Positions 10,710-20,962 are shown, numbered from the stretch's first letter. The stretch: DNA of 64,000 nt from an uncultured Alphaproteobacteria bacterium (GCA_963763635.1 CAVXPO010000014.1:4123-68122); one strand, 5' to 3'. Numbers and translations: made by a program. The notes: a model not told the origin generated them from the letters alone.

Positions 10710-10819
10710 TTGGCTTAAGTCCTTTCAAAGCAACAGGAAGCCGCCATGGCATGCCCTTTACAGGCCAGGCGGCTTTGAGATGAGGTGTAAAGCAGAAATT
10801 TGGCGGAGGATGCAACAGG

Positions 10820-12139
10820 TTAGGGCCCTATCAGCAAAGTGACCTGTAATCCCCCCAGGTCTGACCGGCCGTAGCTCAATTCCAGCTCGTAAAGCTCGGC
10901 AATATCCTCAACGATGGCAAGTCCCAGGCCGAAACCCCGATCTTTTTCGTCCAGGCGGCGGCCGCGCTTTCGAATGGCTTGCAATTCGTCGTCGGGAACG
11001 CCTGGCCCATCGTCCTCGATGACAATGCTATTTGCCAAATACCCGATGCGCACCTCGGATTTGGCGTGTTTGCGTGCGTTATCAAGCAGGTTGCCGAGCA
11101 ATTCGAGCAGATCATTGCGCTCCAATGGCACCGTGACGTCGCGCGGCACATTATTGATAAGCAAAAGTTCGGTTCCCTTGGGCAAGCGACGCAATGTTGC
11201 AAATACGGCGTTGACTGTTTCCGCCAGCGGTGTTTTGTCATGCCCCCGGCCGGTTGCCAGTCGCGCCCGCACCAGCCCACGCTCGACATGCAGCCGCATG
11301 TTTTCAACCTGCTCGATGATTTCGCTGCTCTGCTTGTCAAGATGCTTCTTGCCTACGTCGCGCGCGATGGCTGAAAGGATTGTGAGGGGCGTCATCAATC
11401 CATGGGCCAGATCTCCGGCGCGGTGGCGCGCGCGCTCCAACGATTTGTCGCGCAGGTCCAGAACCTCGTTGAACTCTGAAACCAAGGGTTCAACTTCTGT
11501 CGGAAAATTCCCCTCAAGCCGGTTAGCGTGGCTTTGGCCAAGCAGTGCCAATTGGCGCCGCAACGCTTGCAGCGGGCGAAGCCCAATTGCAACCTGCAAC
11601 CACGCCGCCGCAGTGAGAGCAAGCCCGATCAACGAGAGGTACAGCACCAGCTGATTGCGGAAATATGCAATGGGCGACGTAATTTCCTCGTCGTGAGTGC
11701 TGACGATAAGATGCAGGTTAATGTTTTCATTATTATGCTTGATGATTATGCTGCGTTCGGTAGAAACCAGGACTTCATTTTCCGGCCCCAGGTTGGCGCT
11801 GATCGTTGCGGGGTCAGCGTCCCAGAGCGAGCGCGACCGCAACAGGTTGGCCGAGGTTGACGTTCTTGGCCCCAATTGGTCAATGCGCCAGTACTTGCCG
11901 CTAAAGGGCTGGTCAAAACGCGGATCTGCCAAATCGCGAACGATAACGACCTCGCCGGTTTTTGAAATTTCTATCGCACCCAGCAATTGCAGGAGATCGT
12001 TTTCCAACTCCTGCATGACACGGTTGCGTACCTGTTGTTCATATAAGGCAGTGAGTGCGACGCCCGCGAATATCAGCGCAGCGGCGATGGCGATTGCGGC
12101 GGCAATCAGCAATCGCAAACGCAGCGAGCCAGCCATCAT
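10820..12139 (-). CDS. Sensor histidine kinase (QseC/FeuQ-like)
   Basis: Two TM segments, HAMP region, H-box DLAHGLMTPL, N-box GNLLDNARK and G boxes (DDGPG, GFGLGLAI). Confidence 0.92.
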   Translation of the reverse strand: MMAGSLRLRLLIAAAIAIAAALIFAGVALTALYEQQVRNRVMQELENDLLQLLGAIEISKTGEVVIVRDLADPRFDQPFSGKYWRIDQLGPRTSTSANLLRSRSLWDADPATISANLGPENEVLVSTERSIIIKHNNENINLHLIVSTHDEEITSPIAYFRNQLVLYLSLIGLALTAAAWLQVAIGLRPLQALRRQLALLGQSHANRLEGNFPTEVEPLVSEFNEVLDLRDKSLERARHRAGDLAHGLMTPLTILSAIARDVGKKHLDKQSSEIIEQVENMRLHVERGLVRARLATGRGHDKTPLAETVNAVFATLRRLPKGTELLLINNVPRDVTVPLERNDLLELLGNLLDNARKHAKSEVRIGYLANSIVIEDDGPGVPDDELQAIRKRGRRLDEKDRGFGLGLAIVEDIAELYELELSYGRSDLGGLQVTLLIGP

Positions 12140-12804
12140 GGTTCGTCGGCAGCCGCGATATATCCAAAACCACGACGCGTTTCGATAACTTTTGCCTTGA
12201 TTTTTTTCCGCAGCCTTCCCACCAGAGCTTCAATCGCGTTGGAGTCGCGCTCATTGTCGTGGGAGTAAAGGGCGTCGCTTAATTCAGCTTGGGAAACGAC
12301 GCGGCCGCTGCTGTGAAACAGGTAGCTGATGAGGCGGAATTCAAGCGGTGTCAGGCCTACAGGAATGCCGTTTACGCTTACCTGCTGGGTGCGTGGATCA
12401 ACCATGACAGAACCGATGGTGATGGTAGGTTGCACTTGTCCTGATGAACGCCGCAATAGCGCACGCAGGCGCGCCATGAGTTCTTCCATCCGAAATGGTT
12501 TGGGCAGATAGTCGTCGGCGCCGGCGTCAATGCCATCAACCCGCTCAGCCCAGCTGCCGCGGGCAGTGAGGATGATAACAGGTGTGGCGAGGCCTTCTTG
12601 CCGCCAGCGCTTCAGAATTGTTAAGCCATCAAGTTTTGGAAGGCCCAGATCCAGCACAATGGCAGAATAGTTTCCCGTGCTGCCAAGAAACCACGCTTCT
12701 TCGCCGTCGCCGACAACTTCTGCGATGTAGCCACCACCGCTTACGGCATCGCGGATATCATTCGCGATGCGCGATTCATCCTCGACGACTAAGACGCGCA
12801 TCAC
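12136..12804 (-). CDS. OmpR-family response regulator
   Basis: Receiver domain (VVEDE, LDLGLP, DYLPKPF) plus winged helix (ETRRGFGY). Confidence 0.95.
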   Translation of the reverse strand: MMRVLVVEDESRIANDIRDAVSGGGYIAEVVGDGEEAWFLGSTGNYSAIVLDLGLPKLDGLTILKRWRQEGLATPVIILTARGSWAERVDGIDAGADDYLPKPFRMEELMARLRALLRRSSGQVQPTITIGSVMVDPRTQQVSVNGIPVGLTPLEFRLISYLFHSSGRVVSQAELSDALYSHDNERDSNAIEALVGRLRKKIKAKVIETRRGFGYIAAADEP

Positions 12805-13307
12805 GAGCCTTCAAAGAGGACAACCGCACGGCTCTTGGCGTTAATTTGAACTTCTATAAGGGTATTGTTTTTATCCAGCACCTTGATGCCGTAGATCAGG
12901 TCTTTCCCATAGCCGCCAAGGGAAACATTCACGACCTGGCCATCGTATTTTTGGCGAACGATATCAAGTATCTCCCGCAGAGACGCTGCGTTTTCATTTT
13001 TTACGGCAGTCAGCGCGCGCGTCTGGTCACTATCGCGGCCCTGTTTCCGCTTGCGTAAAATTTTGTGGCCGTCGCCGTCGACAACCCCTCCATCGTAACC
13101 GCCAGCTTGGCCACCATCCCCATTATCATTCCCGCTATCGCCACTATCATGATCATCGCCACTATCATGATCGTCGCCACTATCATGATCGTCATCACCG
13201 CTGTGATGGTCATCACCATAGTCGTCACCGCCCGCAAAAGCCGGTGTGGCCGTCAGTACAAGACTGCCAGCCAGCAAAAGCCAAAGGACGTAGCGCCGCG
13301 GGGTCAT
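12801..13307 (-). CDS. Secreted PepSY-like protein with a His/Asp-rich N-terminal tract
   Basis: Signal peptide ending TPAFA, GDDHDS repeats, and a C-terminal SLREIL..YDGQVVNV..YGIKVL..INAKS PepSY-like pattern. Confidence 0.7.
   Translation of the reverse strand: MTPRRYVLWLLLAGSLVLTATPAFAGGDDYGDDHHSGDDDHDSGDDHDSGDDHDSGDSGNDNGDGGQAGGYDGGVVDGDGHKILRKRKQGRDSDQTRALTAVKNENAASLREILDIVRQKYDGQVVNVSLGGYGKDLIYGIKVLDKNNTLIEVQINAKSRAVVLFEGS
13138..13191. repeat. 3 x 18-bp tandem repeat encoding (GDDHDS)n
   Basis: TCGCCACTATCATGATC[A/G] repeated three times, plus a degenerate fourth unit. Confidence 0.9.
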
Positions 13308-13385
13308 TTTTTCTTACTCAATACCTAAGGGGTAAACACATTCCCCAGAAACCCATTCATACACCAAAACTAAAGCAAATCAAAG

Positions 13386-13424
13386 CTGACAAAGCCATGA
13401 ATGAGTCTGTCAGCTTATTGTCAG
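13386..13424 (-). promoter_or_regulatory. CTGACA-N5-CTGACA direct repeat (candidate OmpR-family operator), overlapping a possible infC terminator hairpin
   Basis: TGTCAG at 13408-13413 and 13419-13424 (11-bp period), with an inverted copy at 13386-13391. Confidence 0.5.
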
Positions 13425-13427
13425 GTG

Positions 13428-13961
13428 CTACTTTGGGGCGATAATCATGACAATCTGACGGCCTTCAAAGCGGGCGTCGGATTCGACTTTGGCGATCTCT
13501 GCCGTATCGGCTTTAACCCGGTTCAACAGCCTGTGGCCAAGTTCCTGGTGGGCCATTTCGCGGCCCCTGAAACGGAGTGTAACCTTGACCTTGTCGCCTT
13601 CTTCGAAGAAGCGTTTGATGGCTTTCATTTTGACGTCATAATCATGATCGTCAATCATCGGGCGCATCTTGATCTCTTTGATTTCAATGACTTTTTGCTT
13701 CTTGCGGGCCTCTGCGGCCTTCTTCTGTTCCTGGAATTTGAATTTGCCGTAATCCAGTATTTTGGCGACTGGCGGAACGGCATCTGGCGAGATTTCAACC
13801 AGATCGAGGTTGGCTTCTTCCGCCATGGCGAGCGCCTGGCGGGTGGGGACGACGCCCACATTCTGGCCATCAGCTCCGATGAGGCGCACTTCGCGCGCAT
13901 CTATGCGGTGGTTAATCTTGTTGCCTTCTTCTTTTTGCGGGGGGGCGGCACCGCGCGTAAT
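13428..13961 (-). CDS. infC: Translation initiation factor IF-3, ATT start
   Basis: [34 protein letters not shown]. An AAGGAGG SD (13968-13974) lies 6 nt before an in-frame ATT at 13961. Confidence 0.97.
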   Translation of the reverse strand: MTRGAAPPQKEEGNKINHRIDAREVRLIGADGQNVGVVPTRQALAMAEEANLDLVEISPDAVPPVAKILDYGKFKFQEQKKAAEARKKQKVIEIKEIKMRPMIDDHDYDVKMKAIKRFFEEGDKVKVTLRFRGREMAHQELGHRLLNRVKADTAEIAKVESDARFEGRQIVMIIAPK

Positions 13962-14115
13962 TGTTGGCCTCCTTGGTGGTATGCTCAAGTGCTATTTTTC
14001 TCCATCTTGTGGCGGTTTTACATCAGTCGATATGTGCAGTCTGGGACTTAGTCGTGCAACTATGCCGCAACGGCAATACATATCGAATCCGAAAACGACC
14101 GGTTACGAACCCCGC

Positions 14116-14144
14116 TATAGACCTTGAAGCAGGGCCGCCGTCAA
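14116..14144 (-). promoter_or_regulatory. Sigma70-type promoter for infC
   Basis: TTGACG-N17-TCTATA on the minus strand. Confidence 0.6.
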
Positions 14145-14171
14145 GCGCTGGTGAGGGAATAGGTGAATTAG

Positions 14172-14969
14172 ATGGCAAATGTCGATTTCGAGCCGGGGCC
14201 AGGAGGCGCAAAACTGGCTTATACCCATGACGGCCCTGCTGATGATTTAGGCCGTTGCGGCTTTTTCTGGCTGGGTGGTTTCATGTCCGAAATGACCGGC
14301 GCCAAGGCTGAGGCGCTGGCAGCGCTGGCGCGTGAAAGCCGGAGACCCGGCTTGCGCTTTGACTATTCCGGCCACGGCCAATCCGCCGGCCTGTTTGTGG
14401 ACGGCACGATTTCGGCGTGGCTGGAACAGGCGCTTCACATGTTCATCGCCAAGACGAATGCCAAACGCATTATCGTGGGTTCCAGCATGGGCGGCTGGCT
14501 GGCACTTCTCCTGGCACGCGCCCTTCTGCGCGATGACCCGCGCCATGCCAAACGCATCGCGGGCCTCGTGCTCATTGCGCCGGCGGCTGACATGACAAAG
14601 AATTTGATGTGGGATGAGTTTTCGCCCGCCGCCCGTATGCAGCTTGAGGACCGCGGCGTTTACATGCGTCCGTCCGACTATGGCGAGCACTATCCCATCA
14701 CACTCAATCTATTGGAAGATGGGATGAAGCATCTGCTGCTTCAATCAGGCATGGAAGTGAACTTTCCCGTGCGCATTTTGCAAGGCAGTGCCGACCCAGA
14801 TGTGCCGCCTGCCCATGCCTTCAAGGTCTTTGAGGCGTTGAGCGGACCCGACATCGCGATGACGATCATCAAAGGTGGCGATCACCGCCTCTCAACACCG
14901 GGTCAGTTGAAACTCATCCGCGAAACGGTATTGCAATTGGCCGAAAGGTCTGATGGTGTTACGCTTTGA
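14172..14969 (+). CDS. Alpha/beta hydrolase
   Basis: FDYSGHG, nucleophile elbow GSSMGG and GDHRLS. Confidence 0.9.
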   Translation: MANVDFEPGPGGAKLAYTHDGPADDLGRCGFFWLGGFMSEMTGAKAEALAALARESRRPGLRFDYSGHGQSAGLFVDGTISAWLEQALHMFIAKTNAKRIIVGSSMGGWLALLLARALLRDDPRHAKRIAGLVLIAPAADMTKNLMWDEFSPAARMQLEDRGVYMRPSDYGEHYPITLNLLEDGMKHLLLQSGMEVNFPVRILQGSADPDVPPAHAFKVFEALSGPDIAMTIIKGGDHRLSTPGQLKLIRETVLQLAERSDGVTL

Positions 14970-15804
14970 GGGCGTTAAGGCCTTCACGGTAATTTTTGTA
15001 TTTAAGTTGATAGCCCAACTCGCTTTTTATGCGCCGGTTGGAAACACGCTTCGAGTCTTCGTAAAAACTTCTGGCCATTGGCGAAAGCTCCGCCTGCTCA
15101 AACGGAATTTCGGGCGGCAGCGGCAGCCCCAAAAGAGTTGCGGCGTAGGCCACCACGTCCTGCGGCGGGCAGGGCTCATCGTCACACACATTGTAGGCGG
15201 CACCCGGATTTGGCCTGGCGATGGAGGCCAGCACCACGCCCGCGATATCGTCCACATGAATGCGGCTGAAAATCTGCCCGGGCTTTACGATGCGTTTCGC
15301 CTTGCCTTCCCGAACCGGGATAAGCTGGTTGCGGCCGGGGCCATAAATGCCCGCCAATCTAAACAAATGCACAGGCAGGCCGAAATCCCCGTGAAATTTC
15401 AACCAGTCCTGCTCGGCAGCCAACCGCCTTTGCCCGCGCAAGGTTTTGGGTCCCAGCGGGCTGTCCTCATCAACCCAGTCGCCGCCCTTGTCGCCGTAGA
15501 CACCCGTCGTCGAAAGATAGCCCACCCATTTAAGCTGCGTGGAAACCCGCTGCAGTTGGGCCGATAACAGTCGCAATACGGGATCGCCATTTTCATCGGG
15601 TGGCGCGGAAATGAGAAGATGCGTCACATCGGGCGCAATATTCAATTGCGCGTCAAACATGTGGCCTTCAAATCCATGCGCGCGGATTTTCGCAACGCCT
15701 TCCGGCGTTCTGCTGGTGGCAGAAATCTTCCAGCCCTCGCGTTTCAATTGCCGGGAAATGGCGCGTGCAGAAAACCCGAAACCAAAGCACAGGAGATGAT
15801 TCAC
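14959..15804 (-). CDS. NAD-dependent epimerase/extended SDR (YeeZ-like)
   Basis: GFGFSA Rossmann start, YLSTTGVYGD, RLAGIYGP and FSRIHVDD. The GTG start overlaps the queG stop. Confidence 0.85.
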   Translation of the reverse strand: MNHLLCFGFGFSARAISRQLKREGWKISATSRTPEGVAKIRAHGFEGHMFDAQLNIAPDVTHLLISAPPDENGDPVLRLLSAQLQRVSTQLKWVGYLSTTGVYGDKGGDWVDEDSPLGPKTLRGQRRLAAEQDWLKFHGDFGLPVHLFRLAGIYGPGRNQLIPVREGKAKRIVKPGQIFSRIHVDDIAGVVLASIARPNPGAAYNVCDDEPCPPQDVVAYAATLLGLPLPPEIPFEQAELSPMARSFYEDSKRVSNRRIKSELGYQLKYKNYREGLNALKA

Positions 15805-16916
15805 GTTTGCCCCCATTCGGCTTTAACCGCCAGGTCAGTTTCGTGCTTTTCATTTTTGCCGCGTACCAATTCAAACGCTTCCTTGTTCAGCAATTGCAAT
15901 AGCGCCCACACCGCCATGGCCCGCACAAGGGGAGAAGCATCATTCAAAAGCTTGATGGCCGATGTGGCAAGCTCGCCATCACCACTATTGCCAATGGCAA
16001 TCAAAACATTGCGAATGAAGCGGTCGCGCCCAATGCGTTTCACGGGCGAACCGGAAAACAGTTTTCGAAACGCTGCATCGTCAAGCGCCGCCAGATATTC
16101 AAGCGAAGGCGAGATCAAATCCTCCCGCGCTTTCAGCTTTGCTTCGCTGGCGTCCTGCGCGAATTTGTTCCACGGGCAAACCGCAAGACAATCATCACAG
16201 CCAAAAATGCGGTTGCCCATGCTTCCGCGAAATTCCCGCGCAATGTGGCCCTTGTGCTCAATGGTGAGGTAGGAGATGCAGCGCCGCGCATCCAGCTTGT
16301 AAGGCGCGGGAAAAGCCTTTGTCGGGCAAATATCAAGGCAGGCGTGGCAGGAGCCGCAATGGTCAATTTCCGGCGCGTCGTAGGGCAGCGCGCTGTTCGT
16401 CAGCATGGCGCCAATGAAGAACCAGGATCCCAGCTCGCGCGACACCAGATTTGTGTGTTTGCCCTGCCAGCCCAAGCCAGCGCTTTGCGCCAACGGTTTT
16501 TCCATCAGCGGGGCCGTGTCGATGAAAATCTTGACCTCGGCCTTGTTCTCCGTGGCAAACCAGCCCGCAATTTTCTTCAGCTTGGATTTCACCACGTCAT
16601 GATAGTCGCGGTTCAGGGCATAGGCCGAAATGACGCCGGTTTGCCTGGCCTCAAGCCGCTTCAAGGCATCCAGACCTTGGCCATAATTCATGGCGAACAT
16701 GACGGCCGTTCGCGCCTCGGGCCACATCGCGCGCGGCGCAACGCGGCGTTCCGTCGTAGTTGCAAGCCATTCCATGTCACCCTGATACTGATGGGCAATG
16801 AATTCCCGCAGGCCTTCGCTGGCGCGCGGAAGGGCGTCGGCCGGCGCAATCCTGATGGCGCTGAAGCCTTCGTCCAGGGCCCGCGCGCGTAACGCCTCAG
16901 AAATCGAGGTCTGCAT
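15801..16916 (-). CDS. queG: Epoxyqueuosine reductase
   Basis: DTAPLMEK, GWQGKHTNL, and the Fe-S motifs CGSCHACLDICPT and GCDDCLAVCPWN. Confidence 0.96.
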   Translation of the reverse strand: MQTSISEALRARALDEGFSAIRIAPADALPRASEGLREFIAHQYQGDMEWLATTTERRVAPRAMWPEARTAVMFAMNYGQGLDALKRLEARQTGVISAYALNRDYHDVVKSKLKKIAGWFATENKAEVKIFIDTAPLMEKPLAQSAGLGWQGKHTNLVSRELGSWFFIGAMLTNSALPYDAPEIDHCGSCHACLDICPTKAFPAPYKLDARRCISYLTIEHKGHIAREFRGSMGNRIFGCDDCLAVCPWNKFAQDASEAKLKAREDLISPSLEYLAALDDAAFRKLFSGSPVKRIGRDRFIRNVLIAIGNSGDGELATSAIKLLNDASPLVRAMAVWALLQLLNKEAFELVRGKNEKHETDLAVKAEWGQT

Positions 16917-17580
16917 AGGCTGCTAAAGGCGGCATGCCGCGCAAGGTATCAGCCAGCAATGGCCGGAAGGAGGGCCGCGATTTGATGCGCTGATACCATC
17001 GCTTGGACACGGGAAAGTCCGTCCACGGAACATCGCCGAGATAGTCGATCACCGAAAGATGTGCGGCAGCGGAAAGATCGGCGATTGACAGCTCCTCGCC
17101 CGCCAGCCACGAGCGATGGTCAGCCAGTGTGCCAAGGTACTCCAGATGGTCGCGCAACCGCGACAGCCCATAGCGCACCCGCGCCATGTCAGGCGCGCCG
17201 CCGCCGGTTTCCCGCGTCATGAAACGTCGGATGATTTTTTCGGTGATGATGGGCTCGGAAACTTCGGCGTAGAATTTGGTGTCAAACCAGCCCGTCAGCC
17301 GCCGCACTTCGGCGCGTGCGCTTGCGGGGCCTGGAATGAGGCTCACGCTTTCCGAGCGGGTTTCCTCAAGATATTCCGTGATCGCCTCGATGCCGCTGAC
17401 AGCAGCGCCGCCTTCCTCGACAAACACCGGGACGACGCCGGCAGGATTGAGATCAAACAGCTTCTGGCTCGGCGTCCACGGCCGTTCCTCGATAAGATTG
17501 AAAGCCACCCCATACTCAGCCAGTGCCAGGCGCACGCGGCGGCTGAAGGGATCAAGTGGAAATTGCAAAAGATTGGGCAT
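16897..17580 (-). CDS. Glutathione S-transferase family protein
   Basis: PFSRRVRLAL, LNPAGVVPV, SIADL and WYQRIKSRPSF. Confidence 0.9.
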   Translation of the reverse strand: MPNLLQFPLDPFSRRVRLALAEYGVAFNLIEERPWTPSQKLFDLNPAGVVPVFVEEGGAAVSGIEAITEYLEETRSESVSLIPGPASARAEVRRLTGWFDTKFYAEVSEPIITEKIIRRFMTRETGGGAPDMARVRYGLSRLRDHLEYLGTLADHRSWLAGEELSIADLSAAAHLSVIDYLGDVPWTDFPVSKRWYQRIKSRPSFRPLLADTLRGMPPLAAYADLDF

Positions 17581-17702
17581 GCCTAAACTTATACCATAGT
17601 TGAAAACCACGCCACGTTGCCGTGGCTGCCCCAACCCTTTAAGACCGCTGGGCATTTGGCGGCAAGCAATTCGCGCGCCGGTTTTTTCCGAGGTTTGTTG
17701 GA

Positions 17703-18524
17703 ATGTCAATCGAACAGATAATTGTGTTGGCCCTCATTCAGGGCATAACCGAATTTCTGCCCATCTCGTCTTCCGGCCATCTCATTCTCGTTCCCGCTTT
17801 CACCGGTTGGGCCGACCAGGGCGTGGTGACCGACATGGTCACCAACCTCGGGACACTTGCCGCCGTCATCATCTATTTCTGGCGCGATATGGTGGCGATG
17901 TTTTGGGGGGCATTTGATATCATCAAGCGGCGCACTACAGCCAATTCGCAATTGATCTTGCACGTGCTGATCGGCACCATACCCATCATCGCCGTCGGCA
18001 TCCTGTTGAAGCTCACGCACCTGGATGAGCATATCCGAAGCGCCACCTTGGTGGCGGTCAACGCCATCGTCTTTGGCATTCTGCTTTACGCAGCGGACGC
18101 TTACGGTCTGATGCGCCGTATGGTGGTGGACATGACCTGGAAAACCGCGCTCATCATTGGCGGTGCACAGGCTCTGGCACTCAGCCCTGGCACCAGCCGT
18201 TCGGGCATCACCATGACCGCCGCCCGCGGCCTTGGCTTTGTGCGCCCCGAGGCAGCGCGCTTTTCATTTCTGCTGTCAATCCCGGCTAATGGCGCTGCTT
18301 CGGCGCTGGTGATCGGTGACGCCTTGCAAAGCGGCCAAAGCATTTCAGGCCCCGTCATCCTGACAGGCTTTCTCACATTCTTTGTGGCCCTTGGCACCAT
18401 CACGGTTTTGATGCGCATGGTGCGGCACATGACGCTGCTGCCCTTTGTGGTCTACCGCGTCATTTTGGGCGGCGCACTTTTGGGCCTGATTTATTCGGGA
18501 ATGCCCTTGGGCGCGGTGAATTGA
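17703..18524 (+). CDS. uppP: Undecaprenyl-diphosphatase
   Basis: QGITEFLPISSSGH and PGTSRSGIT BacA motifs. Confidence 0.96.
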   Translation: MSIEQIIVLALIQGITEFLPISSSGHLILVPAFTGWADQGVVTDMVTNLGTLAAVIIYFWRDMVAMFWGAFDIIKRRTTANSQLILHVLIGTIPIIAVGILLKLTHLDEHIRSATLVAVNAIVFGILLYAADAYGLMRRMVVDMTWKTALIIGGAQALALSPGTSRSGITMTAARGLGFVRPEAARFSFLLSIPANGAASALVIGDALQSGQSISGPVILTGFLTFFVALGTITVLMRMVRHMTLLPFVVYRVILGGALLGLIYSGMPLGAVN

Positions 18525-19472
18525 CCCTCTTTGCGGTAGCGGTAGAGATAGCTCGGCACAATGCCCTGAACGCTGTGCGGCGTGATGCCCAGGCCGGGAA
18601 GATCGCGGCCCTCGCGCGCCGCATCGGCACTTGGCACATTGTCTGACTTCAGCAGTTCAACCTGATCCGCCGTCAGGGGTGAGCCCGGCAATACGCCCAA
18701 CACGGTTCCCAGCAGCCTGGCAAGGGTCCACGGAACCGGCATCAGCAGCCGCTTGCGCCCGATCGTCTCCAGCGTGAATTCCAAAAGCTGCTTGAAGGTG
18801 AAAATTTCAGGGCCGGCAAGCTCATAGGTCTTGCCCGTTGCAGCGCCTGCATCGACAAGCCTTGCCATGGCCTCTGCCACATCACCCACAAACACGGGCG
18901 CAAATTTCGTCATGCCGCCGCCGATCAAGCGGAAGCGCCGGGGAAAGCCGGCTCATGCCGGCAAACTGGTTGAAGAAATTGTCTTCGGGCCCAAACACGA
19001 TGGAGGGCCGCACGATAATGGCACCCGGAAAAGCCGCCTTGGCCCGTGCCTCGCCCTCCGCCTTGGTGCGGGCGTAGGCGCTTCTGCCTTCAGCGTCCGC
19101 ACCCAAGGCTGACATTTGAATGAACACCGCCGCTCCTGCAGCTTTCGCTGCCTTGGCCGCAGCCTCCGCCCCGAACACATGCAGCGCGTCAAAACTCTGC
19201 GTGCCCTTGCTCACCAGAACGGCCGGCAGGTTGATCACCGCGTAAGCGCCTTCACAAGCCGCAGCAAGCGAGGCGGGATAACGCACATTGGCCTGCACCG
19301 GCATGATCTGCCCCGGCGTGCCCAAGGGCTGCACATGGCCCGCCAAATCCGGCCTGCGGCACGCGACGCGAATGCGGTAGCCCCGCTTGGCAAGGGCGCG
19401 CACAATATGCCGCCCGATAAAGCCCGAGCCGCCAATAACCGTTACAATCTTTTCCGGGTTTTCTGAAATCAC
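18491..19472 (-). CDS. Complex I NDUFA9-like NAD(P)-binding SDR with a +1 frameshift at about 18927
   Basis: GGSGFIGRHIV..RPSIVFGPEDNFFN..LP[L]IGGG..PVFVGDVA. The corrected length is 327 codons; the GTG start is tentative. Confidence 0.88.
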
Positions 19473-19667
19473 AAGTCCAAATCCGATGCAAAAAGGGTTT
19501 CGCGCTGCTTTTAGCCGGGGCAGGGGCCGTTGCAAAGAGGTTAGTGTCTCGGTTAGTCTTGCGATGCTGCAAAACCGCGAGCCTTCAATTGGCCCTCTTG
19601 TCGGGCTTTTGTACAATTCGCTGAGGCGTATATCCAGCGCCAAACCAGCAAAATTTTTTGGCGCGCG

Positions 19668-19696
19668 TGAACCAATTGAGGCCCCGCTGCGACTAA
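19668..19696 (+). promoter_or_regulatory. Candidate ECF-sigma autoregulatory promoter TGAACC-N16-CGACTAA
   Basis: The same -35/-10 boxes and spacing recur at 23181-23209 on the minus strand. Confidence 0.7.
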
Positions 19697-19730
19697 GGAG
19701 CAAGGAAAGCGTTTAGGACACCAGGTTCAA

Positions 19731-20294
19731 ATGATTGAGAGCGCGGATGATAGGGCACTTTTCAGGCGTCTGGCAAACCAGGAGCAGGCCGCCATAAAGC
19801 TGTTGTTTGAGAGGCATCACGTGCGGGTTTTTCGCTTTGTCCAACGCGTCGTCCGCAATGAAGCGGTTGCCGATGAAATAACAAACGAGGTTTTTCTGGA
19901 TGTGTGGCGCAAGGCAAATACCTATGAAGGCCGCTCTGCGCCGCTGACCTGGATGCTCGCAATCGCTTACAACCGGGCAAGCAGTGCGTTGCGTCGAAAA
20001 CGCGAAGAGAGTTTGGACGATGACCAGTCGCAAGAACAGTCAGACGAATCGCCAAATCCTGAAGTGGCGCTGCTTGCGGAAAACAAATCCATACTGCTGA
20101 GAAACTGCATTGAAAACCTGTCTGCTGACCAGCGCACGATCATTGATCTGGTTTATTATCAGGAACTATCGGTTTCGGAAGCGGGTCAAGTCTTGGGGAT
20201 ACCGGAAGGCACCGTGAAAACCAGGCTTTTTAACGCGCGCAAGCGCCTTTCTAAATCATTATTGGAAGTTGGAGTTGATAGAGGGTGGCCATGA
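19731..20294 (+). CDS. ECF RNA polymerase sigma factor
   Basis: Region 2 (DEITNEVFLDVW..TWMLAIAYN) and region 4 (LSADQR..GIPEGTVKTRLFNARK). Confidence 0.95.
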   Translation: MIESADDRALFRRLANQEQAAIKLLFERHHVRVFRFVQRVVRNEAVADEITNEVFLDVWRKANTYEGRSAPLTWMLAIAYNRASSALRRKREESLDDDQSQEQSDESPNPEVALLAENKSILLRNCIENLSADQRTIIDLVYYQELSVSEAGQVLGIPEGTVKTRLFNARKRLSKSLLEVGVDRGWP

Positions 20295-20962
20295 CAAGCA
20301 ATTCAAGCACTGAACTCGAAAATATCGAGCAGCTTCTGCCCTGGTATGCGACTGGAAAGTTGCAGGACGGCGAACGGCTCGAAGTGGAAAGCGCATTGGA
20401 GCAGTTTCCGGAGTTGCGCAAACAACTTGAAATCATTCGTGGTGAAATCACGCAGACCATCGCCTCGAACGAGGCGGCTGCGATGCCGCGGGCTGATGCC
20501 GCCAAAAGATTCATGGCGCTCCTGCCGCGGGAGTCAAAACCCAGCACTGCTGGACAAACTATGAATTTCAAGAGCCTGAAGGAATGGTTGACTGCGCAAT
20601 TGGCGGGAACCCCGCGCTGGGCCGTTGCCGCAGGTGTGATGGCGATCGTTTTGCAATCTGGCGTGATTGGCGCACTCCTCTTTGAGCGGCCGGCGGGCGG
20701 CTATCACACCGCAACTGGCGGTGCCGGACAAGTCGTCGATGGCACGCTTGTGCTGGCCCGCTTCACCGACACGGCAAGCCTCGCAGTGGTGGCTGCAAGA
20801 TTGGCTGCGCTCGACATCACGATCGTGGACGGGCCAAAAGCCGGTGGCATGTTTACGCTGCGTATTGGGCCAGACCAGATGCCTGTTGCGGATCGTGACC
20901 GGAAGACCGCTGCACTCAAGGCGGCAACAGACATCGTCTTGTTTGTCGGTCCCGTTCAGTGA
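20291..20962 (+). CDS. Membrane anti-sigma factor (ASD-like N-terminus, one TM, periplasmic domain)
   Basis: LLPWYATGKL..VESAL anti-sigma N-terminus, TM WAVAAGVMAIVLQ, and an ATGA overlap with the sigma gene. Confidence 0.85.
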   Translation: MTSNSSTELENIEQLLPWYATGKLQDGERLEVESALEQFPELRKQLEIIRGEITQTIASNEAAAMPRADAAKRFMALLPRESKPSTAGQTMNFKSLKEWLTAQLAGTPRWAVAAGVMAIVLQSGVIGALLFERPAGGYHTATGGAGQVVDGTLVLARFTDTASLAVVAARLAALDITIVDGPKAGGMFTLRIGPDQMPVADRDRKTAALKAATDIVLFVGPVQ

